The position numbers and the translations under genes were made by a program. A stretch of 63,173 nucleotides of DNA, the filler included, from Octopus bimaculoides (taxonomy: Eukaryota): the NCBI RefSeq assembly GCF_001194135.2. It is 4 parts of 3 records of this genome, joined end to end, with 100 filler letters (N's around TTAATTAATTAA, not from the genome) between each part and the next. Parts side by side here need not be neighbours in the genome. Positions count along the whole stretch, not along the records: positions 30,974 to 40,817 come from NC_069007.1; positions 40,918 to 57,273 come from NC_068998.1; 2 more parts are not named here. The stretch is one strand, 5' to 3'. Each line of letters opens with the position of its first letter. The first letter of the stretch is position 1. Shown one piece after another: positions 38,159-51,014 of this stretch. The notes under the pieces were generated by a model. That model saw nothing but the letters and a program-made list of their open reading frames with translations. It made no database searches and was not told the DNA's origin.

Positions 38159-38170
38159 TTAGATAGATAT
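38098..38170. repeat. (TAGA)n microsatellite
   Basis: Tetranucleotide array after a gap. Confidence 0.9.
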
Positions 38171-39689
38171 AAACATAAAACTATGTTTACATATATTTAT
38201 ATATTTATGTATACGTGAGTATGTATATATATCTATATGTGGATATATATCAGTCCTGCTTTTGTACAGTGTGTTGAAGGACGTAAAAGCTATCAGTTCT
38301 CTACGTCCGTCTTCGGGCCATATAAGAAATCTCTCTCTCCCTCATTTTCTTTCTCGCTTTCACACACATCCACACATACATACATACACACGCTCACTCA
38401 CATATAGGCACACACAGGCACACACAGGCACACTCACACACAGACACACACACACACACATATACACATATACACACACCCACTCACATTCCGTAAATGG
38501 TACTTGAATACGTTCATAATATTTGCTCGTCGTGTCATATTTTCATCTCTCTTTCTACTTCTAAAACTGCTTCTACCTCTCCTTCTAACTCTGCTTCTGC
38601 TACCAAAAGTGAATCTTTAGATTTTTAGCTGCAGGAAATATAATCCAATTCCTTGCGAAAATTCACATGTTGTTGCAATGATTGATACGGTGCAATTTCT
38701 TTCTATAATGTTTCACAGTGATACGCAGCATGTATGATGTGAGTTTGTAACAGCACATGGCATTAATCATCGCGACCTCCACAAGCTGCTTCCTGGCACC
38801 CATTATTCCATTCTCACACCGTCTTTCTGGCTTTTTCGCTGTTTAGTCTAACGGATGATTGATTGGTTGTGTACAAATCGATGTTATTTTTCGTAAATAT
38901 ATCTTAGTGTGGCGGAAAGAACAGCAAAAACACTAAAACAAAAATACAAAGGAAAGATGAAGAAAGCTAGTATGTCTAAACAACAGAAATGTGCAGCGAA
39001 CGCTTACTGCAATGCCATGTGCTGTGTCTGATAAAAACCACTCAGATGATGTTACGATTGTTGCCGCCATTGTTGTTGTTATTACTGTTTGTTATTACTG
39101 TTTGTTATTACTGTTTGTTATTACTGTTATTTCTACTGTTGATTGGTTGATTGCCTTTCCGCCATAATCCAGGTTAACTCAGATCGAACAGACCTATCAC
39201 CAAATGCATCCGAACTGTGACCATCCCGACTTATTAAAACTAGCGCGGACAGTATTCTATTACATGTATTTCTTTTATAAACCTACGGTGCGATTCTTTT
39301 TACTTCTTCACTTGTTCCAATCAGTGGATTGCGGCCATGCTGGGGCACCGACTTGAAGTGTTTTAGTCGAAGTAACTGGCCCCACAGCTTGAATTTTAAG
39401 CCTGGTTCTTATACTGTAGATGACGTAAACAAACCAGAATGTAAAGAGGCAGATGAAAACCTGTCAAACATTTTGTCCGATTCTCCAACGATTCTAACGA
39501 TTCTACTAGCTTGCAACCCTTGCAGTTATAATATTCCCAACTATAAGTACAAGGCCTGTGATTTGTGGAGAGGGGTTTAGCCGCATACAACGACCCCAGT
39601 TACTTATTTCATCGCCCACGAAAGGTCAAAGGGCAATGGCGACCACGGCAGAATTTGAACTTAGAATATAATATATCGAAGGCGTTGAG

Positions 39690-39905
39690 CGGGCAGAAAC
39701 TTTAGCACGCCGGGCGAAATGCTTAGCGGTATTTCGTTCTGAGTTCAAATTCCGCCGAGGTCGACTTTGCCTTTCATCCTTTCGGGGTCGATAAATTAAG
39801 TACCAGTTACGCACTGGGATCGATATAATCGACTTAATCCCGTTGTCTGTCCTTGTTTGTCCCCTCTATGTTTAGCCCCTTGTGGGCAATAAAGAAATAA
39901 GAATA
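39690..39905 (+). mobile_element. SINE family B, long-tail variant (well preserved)
   Basis: gggcagaaactttagcacgccgggcgaaatgc...gaggtcgactttgcctttcatcctttcggggtcgataaattaagtaccagttacgcactggg...gtccttgtttgtcccctctatgtttagcccc. A partial reverse copy lies at about 39590-39680. Confidence 0.92.
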
Positions 39906-39975
39906 TAATATATGGAAATAAATGCCGCTCAACCTTTTGACCAACATGTTAGTGACTCTACAAGCTCGCTGACCT

Positions 39976-40007
<32 letters not shown>

Positions 40008-40817
40008 NNNNNNNNNNNNNNNNNNNNNNNNNNNNNNNNNNNNNNNNNNNNNNNNNNNNNNNNNNNNNNNNNNNNNNNNNNNNNNNNNNNNNNNNNNNNN
40101 NNNNNNNNNNNNNNNNNNNNNNNNNNNNNNNNNNNNNNNNNNNNNNNNNNNNNNNNNNNNNNNNNNNNNNNNNNNNNNNNNGCTCAAGGCCTGGTATGTT
40201 AGAGGAGGGAGCTAGTCGCTGAAATCTGTCCTTCAGCATTCGACACCTAGTTTTTTTTTTTTTTTTTTTATGGAGTCCGAACAGATGAAAACAAGTTCGA
40301 CCTTGGTGGAATTTGAACTCAAAACGTAATGACGGACGAAATTCGGCTAAGCATGCGAAGGATTGTACGAGCACGCTGTCCTTGTAATAATAACAATAGT
40401 TTTAAATTTGTTAATGATTCGTTCACAGTAGTTCGTCTGACTGCGTAATTCTCACACGCTATTTTCATTAGAACCCAAATTATAAATCCATTTATTTATT
40501 AAACAGCAATTTTTATACTTTCCGCTGGCCTGTTGTTGACGATGATATTTCGTGGATTGCAAACAATCTGCCTAAATCTTTTATTGCATCGCTTAATCAA
40601 AACCGTAAGAGCAGCGGCCGTCACGTTGTACAAGCTGCTCCGCGATTAATTAGGAAATGATACGAGGCAGAAATCATTCGCCATTACCGCCGCCAGCAGC
40701 CATATATTCGCTTCGTTTTCGTAATTGTTGTTAGCATAAAGCTCCAACTAAGCCGTTATAAACGAGATTTGTAATCCAAGCGTTCCAACCGCGCTCATTT
40801 CGTCTATTCGTGTATTA

Positions 40818-40917
40818 NNNNNNNNNNNNNNNNNNNNNNNNNNNNNNNNNNNNNNNNNNNNTTAATTAATTAANNNNNNNNNNNNNNNNNNNNNNNNNNN
40901 NNNNNNNNNNNNNNNNN
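40818..40917. other. Artificial scaffold-join spacer
   Basis: N44-TTAATTAATTAA-N44. Confidence 0.9.
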
Positions 40918-41090
<173 letters not shown>

Positions 41091-41309
41091 TGGCTTTAAT
41101 GCCATCTTTTCAATGTTTGCATAGGTTGGACAGAATTTATTGAGGCAATTTTTTTACAGCCTGATGCCCTCTTTATTGCCAACTCTTACTTATTTCCAAG
41201 TAAGGTATGGCTGTGTGGTAAGAATCTTACTTCCCAACCTTATGGTTCTGGCTTCCGTAATCCCTCACTATTTAGAAATGTATATATATNNNNNNNNNNT
41301 ATATATATA

Positions 41310-41474
41310 TGGCTTCTTTCAGTTTCCATCTGATAAATCCACTCACAAGGTTGTGGGTCTAATATAACCCATGGCTAATGGCTATAGTAGAAGACACTTG
41401 CCTAAGGTGCCACACAGTGAGTCTGAACTACAACCCTCATGGTTGGGAAGCAAACTTCTTAATCACACAGCCAG
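41310..41474 (-). mobile_element. SINE family A, 5' module
   Basis: ggcttctttcagtttcc...aaatccactcacaagg...gacacttgcctaaggtgccacacag...ggttgggaagcaaac. Confidence 0.85.
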
Positions 41475-42406
41475 ATAAAACAAGTCCATTAGTAATTTTT
41501 AAAGCAAGCCTTGTATCTATTGCTTACTAGGTGACTTTGTTATTAATTATACTGTTACTAGTAACAGACACTCTGTAGTGTATTCCATAATGAGCTAAAA
41601 CCATAGATATATGACTTCTGTCAGTGGAACTGTTTCTCTTTTCTGTCACATATTAGGTCTTACAATGTATATAATCTCATTTACAGGAGAAGATATTCGT
41701 TTTTAAAAAGTCTTGATGAATCACAAGTGGCAATTTTAATAAACATCTCACAAATTTTTCTAAAATGTCTTTTAAATTCATACTAAACTATATTTAGTTA
41801 GTGAACATAAATGATATATATTGGCAGACTGTTGCAGACAGTTTTATATTTAATCATAGGTTGTCAGGAGTTTGCTAATCAAAATTTTACACTGCATGAG
41901 CTCATGCGTGGCTTTGTGCTTAAGAATTTTGGTTTTAAGTTATGTTGTTGCAGTTTCAATCTCACTGCAGAATACCTTGTGTGTGTATGTGTGTGTGCAG
42001 AGGTGGGATGAGTGTGTGTGTNNNNNNNNNNNNNNNNNNNNNNNNNNNNNNNNNNNNNNNNNNNNNNNNNNNNNNNNNNNNNNNNNNNNNNNNNNNNNNN
42101 NNNNNNNNNNNNNNNNNNNNNNNNNNNNNNNNNNNNNNNNNNNNNNNNNNNNNNNNNNNNNNNNNNNNNNNNNNNNNNNNNNNNNNNNNNNNNNNNNNNN
42201 NNNNNNNNNNNNNNNNNNNNNNNNNNNNNNNNNNNNNNNNNNNNNNNNNNNNNNNNNNNNNNNNNNNNNNNNNNNNNNNNNNNNNNNNNNNNNNNNNNNN
42301 NNNNNNNNNNNNNNNNNNNNNNNNNNNNNNNNNNNNNNNNNNNNNNNNNNNNNNNNNNNNNNNNNNNNNNNNNNNNNNNNNNNNNNNNNNNNNNNNNNNN
42401 NNNNNN

Positions 42407-42446
<40 letters not shown>

Positions 42447-42449
<3 letters not shown>

Positions 42450-42878
42450 GCAAGCATGATTGTCTGGTAAGAAGTTTGCTTCTCAACCACATGGTTCCAG
42501 GTTCAGTCCCATTGTATGGCACCTTGGGTAAGTGTCTTTTACTACAGCCACTGGCCAAACAAAACCTTGTCCATAGATTTAGTTGATGAAAACTAGAAGA
42601 AGCCCATCGTGTGTTTGTGCATGTGCGCGCACACGTTTGTGTGTGTGTGTGTGTGTGCGCCTGTGTCTGTGTTTGTCCTCCACCACCCTTTGACAACCAG
42701 TGTTAGTGTGTTTACATTACTGTAACTTAACAGTTTGACAAAAGAGGCCAATAAAATAAGAACCAGGCTTTAAAAAAAGTACTAAGGTTGATTCATTCAA
42801 TTATAAATTCTTCAAGATGGTGCCCCAGCATGGTCACAGTCTAATGACTGAAACAAATGAAAGAAAAAAGTAAAAGAA
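42447..42878 (+). mobile_element. SINE family A, full length, degenerate
   Basis: ggtaagaagtttgcttctcaaccacatggttccaggttcagtccc...(GT)n...ttgacaaccag...ggtgccccagcatggtcacagtctaatgactgaaac. Confidence 0.88.
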
Positions 42879-42899
42879 TATATATATATATGTATGGCA

Positions 42900-45410
42900 A
42901 CTGTTATTACTGCCTATGTTCCTCAGCCAGGTCTGTCAAATGAACAAACGGTTTGATTTTATGATACTCTTTTGCAGGTTACCTCAATGGCAAATGACGG
43001 TGACCTTATCTTCATTACTGGTAACTTCAATGGACATGGGCAGTATCTCAGTGGCTTCCATGGCATGCATGGAGGCCATGGAGTTGATTTTTGCAACAGG
43101 AAGGGAACTAGGCTACTGGAGTTCTGTGATGCAAATAACCTAATGATCTACGACGCCAACTTCAGGAAATCAGCCAGCCACCTGATAGCCCATCAATCTG
43201 GTGGTCACACAAGTCAGATTGACTGCATTACCGCTAAAAGGTGAGATACATGATTGCTCATAAACACAGGTGAAGAATGTACTCCTCAACATAGTTTACT
43301 CATTAAGGACTTCAGACTTCAGGTCTGAAGGATTCTATGAAGCAGAAAAGTCTGGAAAAGAAGGATTTGGAACCTTAAGGATCTTCTGAATAGTCATAGG
43401 TTTAGAGACATACTAACTGAGGCATTTGACCAAAAGGTGGAGGAGTTACAGATATGTGTTATAGAAGACAACAGAAAGTTCCTATATGACAACTTAGTGA
43501 GAGCCACAGACCACATTTGTAGCTGGTTTAAAGTCTCAATCTGCTCTAGGATGACATAGTGGTAGAACATCATAGTAGACAGGACGATAACTACAACGAA
43601 ACAGGTGAGAGAGGATTTGAAGAGTGAGGGTAGCAGAGAACTATACCAGGTAGCTAGAAGAGGTGCTAGGCAACAACTATATTTAGCTAGAGGAGAAGCT
43701 GAAAGGAAGAAGTTTGCCAATGTTCTGTAGTGTGAGGACCAGAAGCACAAGGTGTTCCAGATTGCAAAACAGTGTATCAGAGAAAACCATGATGTTGCAG
43801 GAGAGAACTGTATCCAGATGGATGGTGGCACACTTGCACTTAGTGATTCTGCAAATAAAGAGGTATAGAAGAGGTATATGAAAGGCTACTAAATGTGAAG
43901 AATGCATGGGAGCAGGAGAGTTTACCTAATGTGGACCCAACTGAGGGATAAGCTACCTGAGTTGACAGCAGCATGATAGATAAAGCAAATAAGGATATAA
44001 AAATTGGAAAAGACCATGGCCCATCAGGCATTGCAACCAAGATGCTTAAAACATCTGGTGGAATAGGTTATGGTCTAGTCACCCATATAATAAATCAGGT
44101 TGTCCAGGAAGGGGTCATACCCAACAACTGGTGAAGCTGCATTACAGTCAACTATGACAAAGGGAAAGGTGATGCCTCAGACAGAAGTAATTCTGGACCA
44201 GGAGATGAAAGTTACAGAAAGGGTCATAGTTCAGCTAATTAAGAAGAGAGTTAAGCTAGGAGAGATGCAGTTCAATTTTGTGCCAAGGAGAAGCACTACT
44301 GATGCTGTCTTCCTAGTAAGGTAGCTGCAGAAGCACTCAGCAAAAAATAAACTACTGTCCTTGGCATTTGTCAACACAGAGAAAGCTTTTGACAGGGTTC
44401 CTCACTCACTCATCTAGTGGTTGATGGAGAGGCTGGAGTAGATGAGTTGTTAGTGGAAGCCATCCAAGCCATGTACAGGATGCAGCCAGTAAGGTGAAAG
44501 TCAGCATTGAGTATAGCAAAAAATTTAGTGTGCAAGTAGTTCGCCAAGGATCAGTTCTCAGATCTCTCTTATTTATCATAGTCCTCCAGGCCATACCTAA
44601 GGAATTTAAAACATTTTGCCCTTAGGTGCTCCTCTATGCTGATAACCTTGTTCTTATAGATGAATTTCTACTAGAGTTGGTGAAAAAATTTCATGTATGG
44701 ATGCAAGGACTAGAATATCAGGGCCTTAGAGTTAATATTTCAAGATCAAAATATTAGTAAGCGAGAAATAGACAAATTATTAATCCTCTCAGGGAAATAG
44801 CCCTGTTCAATATGTAGAAAAGGTTTAGGTAGAAATTCCATATGGTGTACCCAGTACAAGCTATGGGTTATAAAAGGTATCTGTGGAATCACAAGAAGGT
44901 TGACAGAGAAAGTAGTCTTTGTGTGTAGTAGATGTGTAGGTACAATGAACACTAAGAATGTGCAGGAAATAAATTTCCTCAAATATGCAGGTGTTCTTTG
45001 GAGGTAGTAGATAGTTTTTGTTACCTAGGCCACCAAATAAGAAGCAGTGGAGGTTGCTCTGAAAGTGTAAATGCCAGAATAAGAACCAAGTGGGCAAAGT
45101 TCTGAGAACTATTACCTTTGTTAGTCACAAAGAACCACTCCCTCAGAGTGAAAGGCAGATTGTATGATGCCTGTGTAGTTGTTGAGTGCAAGAGAGAAAA
45201 CTGCTCTGGTATGGTTGTGTGATGCATATGGACGAAGTGTCAATTTCTAAATGTGGAGGGAACCTGTGGGAGATGAAGACCCAGGAAGACGTGGGATGGA
45301 TGAAGTGGTGGGAAATGATCTTCAGATGTTAAGCTTCACAGAGAAGATGACAAAGGACCGAGACAAGTGGTGATATGCTGTGCTTGAGAAGATCCACCCA
45401 GCAAAGTAAA
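42900..45410 (+). mobile_element. RTE LINE (AP endonuclease plus RT), degenerate
   Basis: YVPQPG, GNFNGH, NRKGTRLLEFC, SQIDCI (EN); KAFDRVP, RQGSVLS.LLFIIVLQAI, LYADNLV (RT); a Cys-rich insert; CRRGRPRKTWDEVV-like end. Many stops. Confidence 0.92.
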
Positions 45411-46170
45411 ATCCATGTCCATGACCCCCTACCTCTCCCACAGCAAACTCATGCTCACCACCAATGTTTTCCCCCACTCACCTCCAATCTCCACTTACCT
45501 ACCTGCATACAGTATGCCCCTGTTAAATCGCTTCCCACCACCCACCTCTAGTTTCCACTCTCCTTTTGAAATCTTGTGAACTCACCCAACTACCCACCCT
45601 CTCCAATTCCTCATCAACTCCACAATATACACCATCCTGAAACCTGGATGTACAGGCCCTGCCCCCTCTCTGTCACATCTTCACCATCTTTCTCTCCTCT
45701 TTCTCTTCTCCATCTGTGGAAGCGGTTTCTTTTTCCTCATGCGAGAGACCTTTCTGTACATCAACACTATTCCCCGCAATTGAAGTGCCCTGTGTCACTA
45801 TTAAATGATGATCTTTATATACATATTCATTGCTGACTTTAAATTCTTTAGAAAGTCAGTGGAGATAAACTTTGTATATATANNNNNNNNNNNNNNNNNN
45901 NNNNNNNNNNNNNNNNNNNNNNNNNNNNNNNNNNNNNNNNNNNNNNNNNNNNNNNNNNNNNNNNNNNNNNNNNNNNNNNNNNNNNNNNNNNNNNNNNNNN
46001 NNNNNNNNNNNNNNNNNNNNNNNNNNNNNNNNNNNNNNNNNNNNNNNNNNNNNNNNNNNNNNNNNNNNNNNNNNNNNNNNNNNNNNNNNNNNNNNNNNNN
46101 NNNNNNNNNNNNNNNNNNNNNNNNNNNNNNNNNNNNNNNNNNNNNNNNNNNNNNNNNNNNNNNNNNNNNN

Positions 46171-46201
<31 letters not shown>

Positions 46202-46468
46202 TACATATGTGGAAAATCAGTGTGTGTTTGTTTGTGGTGTTGTTAGCTAACTCCTCCTACATTGTTTTATTGATTTTGATGAAACTTGACATGTGAGTAG
46301 AACTCATGCCTGGAAACCTCGTGACATACTTAGATTGTTGAAAAAATCGATAATACGGCCCCTGGAAGGGATCTTTATATCTACCTGATAAAACTAATTT
46401 TAAAAAAAAACACCCAAGGGAAATAACCCATAGCACCTGCACTTACAATTGTTAGTTTTTAGGGAAGC

Positions 46469-46942
46469 TATCAATATTTGATTCAGACAATCAGTGGACT
46501 TAATTCTGCATTTTACTACTCACAGTTTTCAACTGCTAAACCTTATTATTGCACTTTCTTCATGCATGTACACTTTCAATGCCTGTAACTCTGATAATTC
46601 TGCATTTTTCCAGTTAAAATTTTTCGATGACAGTACATAAATTTTTGATTCCAGAACGTATTTAATAAGTGTGTCCCAATACAATGAACTCATACACTGA
46701 ATGCTTAAAATTAGCGAAGCAATCAATATTTGATTCTCACAATCAGCCGACCTAATTCTGCATTTCACTACTCACAGGTTTGAACTGCTAAACATTATTA
46801 TTGTACTTCCTTGATTTGAATCTTAAACCTTAAAGACTTCATTCATACATTTCTATACATACATACTTTTATGAATGCCCATTACTCCGATAATTCTGCA
46901 TTTTTACAGTTAAACTTTTTCCATGACAGTAGATAAATTTTT
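46469..46942 (+). repeat. Diverged direct duplication (two units, about 180 and 220 bp)
   Basis: atcaatatttgattc..acaatcag...taattctgcattt.actactcacag...aactgctaaac.ttattattg...gataattctgcattttt.cagttaaa...atgacagta.ataaatttt recurs at about 46469 and about 46722. Confidence 0.8.
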
Positions 46943-47327
46943 ACAATGTATTTGTAGTGGCTTCATGCAGGCATACTGTGAATTCAATCCTCGATTGCCA
47001 AATTTCACTTAACACTTCAACAGCGCTTTTCTCACGGTAAAACAATAGTTTTCTGTGAATGACAGCAGTTATACATTTCCCAGATGCCTTCACTAAGCAG
47101 AATAATGTCTTTGCCACTTGACCCTTCTAACCGCTTCTAGGCCACCAGAGGCTGGAATGGAGATAACAGACCTCCAACAAAATCATTTGTTCTCAGCAAT
47201 ATACAATATGTTTATCCTTCTGGTTACCTTTTGTGGCAGTTATAACGAAATTGCTTTCTTATATCAGAGTAATAAGGCATTTCAATAGAACATCTTTATC
47301 CCTGGGAATTACAGGGTACACCAGCTA

Positions 47328-47516
47328 GACACGTAAAAGCACCCACTACACTCTCTGAGTGGTTGGCGTTAGGAAGGGCATCCAGCTGTAGAAACTCTGC
47401 AAAATTAGATTGGAGCCTGGTGTAGCCATCTGGTTGCACCAGTCCTCAGTCAAATCGTCCAACCCATGCTAGCATGGAAAGCGGACGTTAAACGATGATG
47501 ATGATGATGATGATGA
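47328..47516 (+). mobile_element. RTE-type 3'UTR/tail element ending in (GAT)n
   Basis: gtggttggcgttaggaagggcatccagc (typical RTE 3' motif)...gcggacgttaaac(gat)n. Nearly identical to 56970-57272 in reverse. Confidence 0.85.
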
Positions 47517-48051
47517 TATATATATATAAAAGTTCAGGAATTAAGTGAATCAGGACCTTTAAATAGTAAAGCACCAAGTTTGGATCAGTAAAATCACTAT
47601 TGTGTACAAAACAAAACTAGAGGAACATATGTGTACATACCAAAGTAAAGATGGATTTATATTCCAGGTGCATGAACGATGGCAAGCAACCACTTGAATA
47701 TACTATGAGTCTCAAAGCTGCACCTAGATACAAATACTGCACTCAATAGACTCCAGATCCATACTAATTGCAGGTTCTGAGTAAGGTAAGTAATAAACAA
47801 ATAACAATAGATGGGTAGTGGTTCACTCACTACAGCTGTTACAGACACTTATTTTTGTTGATGAATAGAGTTATGCCTACAAACTAATATAATATATAAG
47901 TTTGTAGACGTACATGTATTTGACACAACACACCTTAAACATGAGGTACTTTTCACACAAAATTGCTTGATAAATTAATAACACTGGGGAACATGGCTTT
48001 TGTTGTCAGGTATTTGAGACATGTATCCTAATTAAATTTTGAGTGTTGATT

Positions 48052-48187
48052 TCAAAAATGGAACCCATTTTGCTCTATCATGTCAAAATTCTTCACAAAC
48101 TCAAATGTCCATTTTTCAACATATCTAGTATTGTCACCATCTCTAAGGATAGATTTGGCTTCATCAAATGCAGACTCATGTATGGAG
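48052..48187 (-). CDS. Weak candidate terminal coding exon of unknown product (SIHESAFDEAKSILRDGDNTRYVEKWTFEFVKNFDMIEQNGFHF*)
   Basis: Acceptor ttttgtccag| followed by a 44-codon frame of protein-like composition in non-repeat DNA. No homologue recognised. Confidence 0.25.
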
Positions 48188-49153
48188 CTGGACAAAACTT
48201 TGAAAATCTAGTTTTTCAATATCATTTAAAGTAATTGCAATGACAAAAGTGAAAATAAAAGTCATGATTTAAGTATCTTCAGTAAATAAAAAGCACCAAA
48301 CTTAAGCAATTGTCACTATTTTCAATCTAACCAGTTTTAAATGTCATGATAATGGCAGAAATGCCCTTTATACAAGTAGATGTTAGTTAACAACACATTT
48401 CTGTGGTCCTTGACATCATGTCTCATATTTGTGGAATTTGTCTGCAGATATGACCACGCCAAGCTTGATTTAATAGAACTGTTTTTGCAAACCAGTTTTG
48501 CTGAACCTCTAACTATTTCTTATGAAAATTGGTATTTTGAATGTGCTCTTAATGTTTTAATTGTGAGGTCACATGGGTTAAGGTCACTTTCTGTCAAGCA
48601 TTGTCAAAGAACAGTAGAAATCATAGTACAATAAGTGAGAAGCAAGGAGAAAGATTTCACTAAGACATTGAGATCATGGAGACTAGTTATCTACATATGG
48701 AACACAAACATGACGGCTGACAACTGCTAATCTCTGCAATGAGAGTGTCATGATGCAAGTTATTCATGCAAAGCAGCAAAGAGTAAGTTCGCTCCTTGAT
48801 TAGCAGAAACTCCAGTTTGACAGAAATATCAATCCTATGATGTGTCATTAAACATTTTGTGCAATGTATTTGTCAAGCAACAAAAAGTACTATTTGGTTC
48901 ATTTTAGTTTATTTCAGTATTGCATTTAATGACAAAATTGACATTTTTTGGAAAAAAAAAATTAATTCCTGTTTAACAAATGACTTGGTGTGATAGGAAA
49001 TTTCTTGGGGTATTTCTGAACCCAAATTAAGTAGGACTAATTGTAAAATACAAGACAACTAAAAAATTTTTGCCAGGTCTTATCAATAAAATAATGAAAG
49101 CAGATGACCTCCTATTACTCATGGGCAAAATACAATTGTGCTTATTCAGAAGC

Positions 49154-49214
49154 TGTAGAAAAAAAGACTTGTAGAAAAAAAGACTTGTAGAAAAAAAGAC
49201 TTGTAGAAAAAAAG
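49154..49214. repeat. 16-bp tandem repeat (ttgtagaaaaaaagac) x about 4
   Basis: Directly visible. Confidence 0.9.
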
Positions 49215-49989
49215 AAGAAAGCTGACAGTAGTTTTGAAATCAGTAAATCAAGTGAAAAAGCAAACTCAACAGAAATTATGTTCAAAATTGTTCCCCTGTG
49301 TAATCCAAACTTTAAAAATTCAGATCTGTGACAGAGATAGGCTAAAAAACAAGTTACGTTTTTATTTTCCATTTTTCTCTAACTTCAACAAATAGAAAGT
49401 AATAAAATACTTTACAAGACAGAAACAAGTATAATTGATATGATCAGCTAAAGCCTTGAAGGTGTTACCTTAGCTTGGCTGCAGTCCAATGAGTGGAATC
49501 AATAAAAGAATGAAAGAATAAAAGAGTACCAATATTAATTAAAGAATAGTATTCAAAGCTCTTTATTAAAGACTGGTTGTTTTGTGTCTGTTGCTGTCTC
49601 TAACCTTTTACACAGTAAAGATTCAATAACTCTTGACATGATATCAATCTCTAATTACAGATACATTGACTAACCATCTTATTATTTTCCAAGATGTTGG
49701 AAAGTTGAACTTTGACTGACTTCATTAGTGACTAGTGAATGTTTGCCTACCTTCCAGTCACTTCGTATTTTGTGACATTGTTTTATTATATGTATGATTA
49801 TACTAAATTAAGTGTTATTCTTTGATAGAAATTACATATATTTCTTCATTAACTCTCACACTATAAATTGTTTTAGCATTCTCTCTGTTTTTTCTTACCC
49901 CTACCCGTATATGTGTGTGTGTGTGTATATACATATATACATATATATACATATACATATATATATATATGTATGTATGTATCTATCTA

Positions 49990-50092
<103 letters not shown>

Positions 50093-50145
50093 ATACATAT
50101 ATATATACACATACACACACACACACGCACACATATAAATATATA

Positions 50146-51014
50146 TGAGGTCTGATCAATAAATATCCAGACTGTTGGCATAGTAACGAAGCTAAAGCAC
50201 GCAGAGTGAAGCCACTTGGCAAAAGTTGACCTTGAACTCTGCTGTGAATGTGTGCACTAGGATTTAACATTCTAGCTCACTTCTGCTGTTTACAGCAGTG
50301 CTTGGAAGGAACATGTCTAGCATGTGATCGTCGCATTGACCATGACAGAGAAAGTTGTCATGGTGATACCTGCTCAGAAGCCTAAGCAAAGTTGCAGAAA
50401 GTGTATGGAAAGGAGTGTACAAGTGATTCAGATGTTTCTAAGGTGGCCGAAAAATGTCAATAGTCATGAACGTTCTGGGAGACCCGCAACCAGCAGAACT
50501 CAGAAAAAGTTCACAGATGTTCATGCAGCTGTGAGGGAAAATCATCGAATCACCATCTGTGAGTTATCAGAGGATGTGCAGATTAGTTACAGTTCAATTC
50601 AGTCCATTATTACTGAAGATTTGGTTATGAGACATGTGTCTGCCAAGTTTGTGCCAAAACTGCTTTCAGCTGATCAAAAAGAGACTTGGGTTTCAGTTGT
50701 GTAAGATCTCCTTAATTGTGTCGAGAAGGATGAAAACTTTTTGAAAATTTCGCAGTCCTCTGAGCAGGTATCACCAAGCTTTTTGGCAAAATTCGATGCA
50801 GATTCTCAGCTCAACTTTCTTTGTCATGGTCAATTTGATGATCACACGCTACAACCCTTCCTTCCAAGCACTGCTGTAAATAGCGAAAGTGAGCTAGAAT
50901 GTTAAAAGTTAGTGCACATGCACAGCAGAGTTCAAGATCAATCTGTGCTAAGTGGCTTCACACTGTGGGCTTTAGCTTCATTACTATGGCAACAGTCCGG
51001 ATACTTACTGATCA

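Noticed and set aside
38719-38738. 20-nt candidate microexon (ttcacag|...GAT|gtgagt)
   Set aside because: Splice-like motifs of this quality occur by chance in 63 kb, and there is no supporting gene context.
47668-47785. Plus-strand segment between ttccag| and a perfect AAG|GTAAGT donor
   Set aside because: Stops in all three frames. It could only be non-coding, which cannot be supported without RNA data.
48410-48500. Minus-strand LNQAWRGHICRQ, IQ-motif-like
   Set aside because: The frame is short and closed by a stop, the key Q is misplaced, and there are no convincing splice sites.
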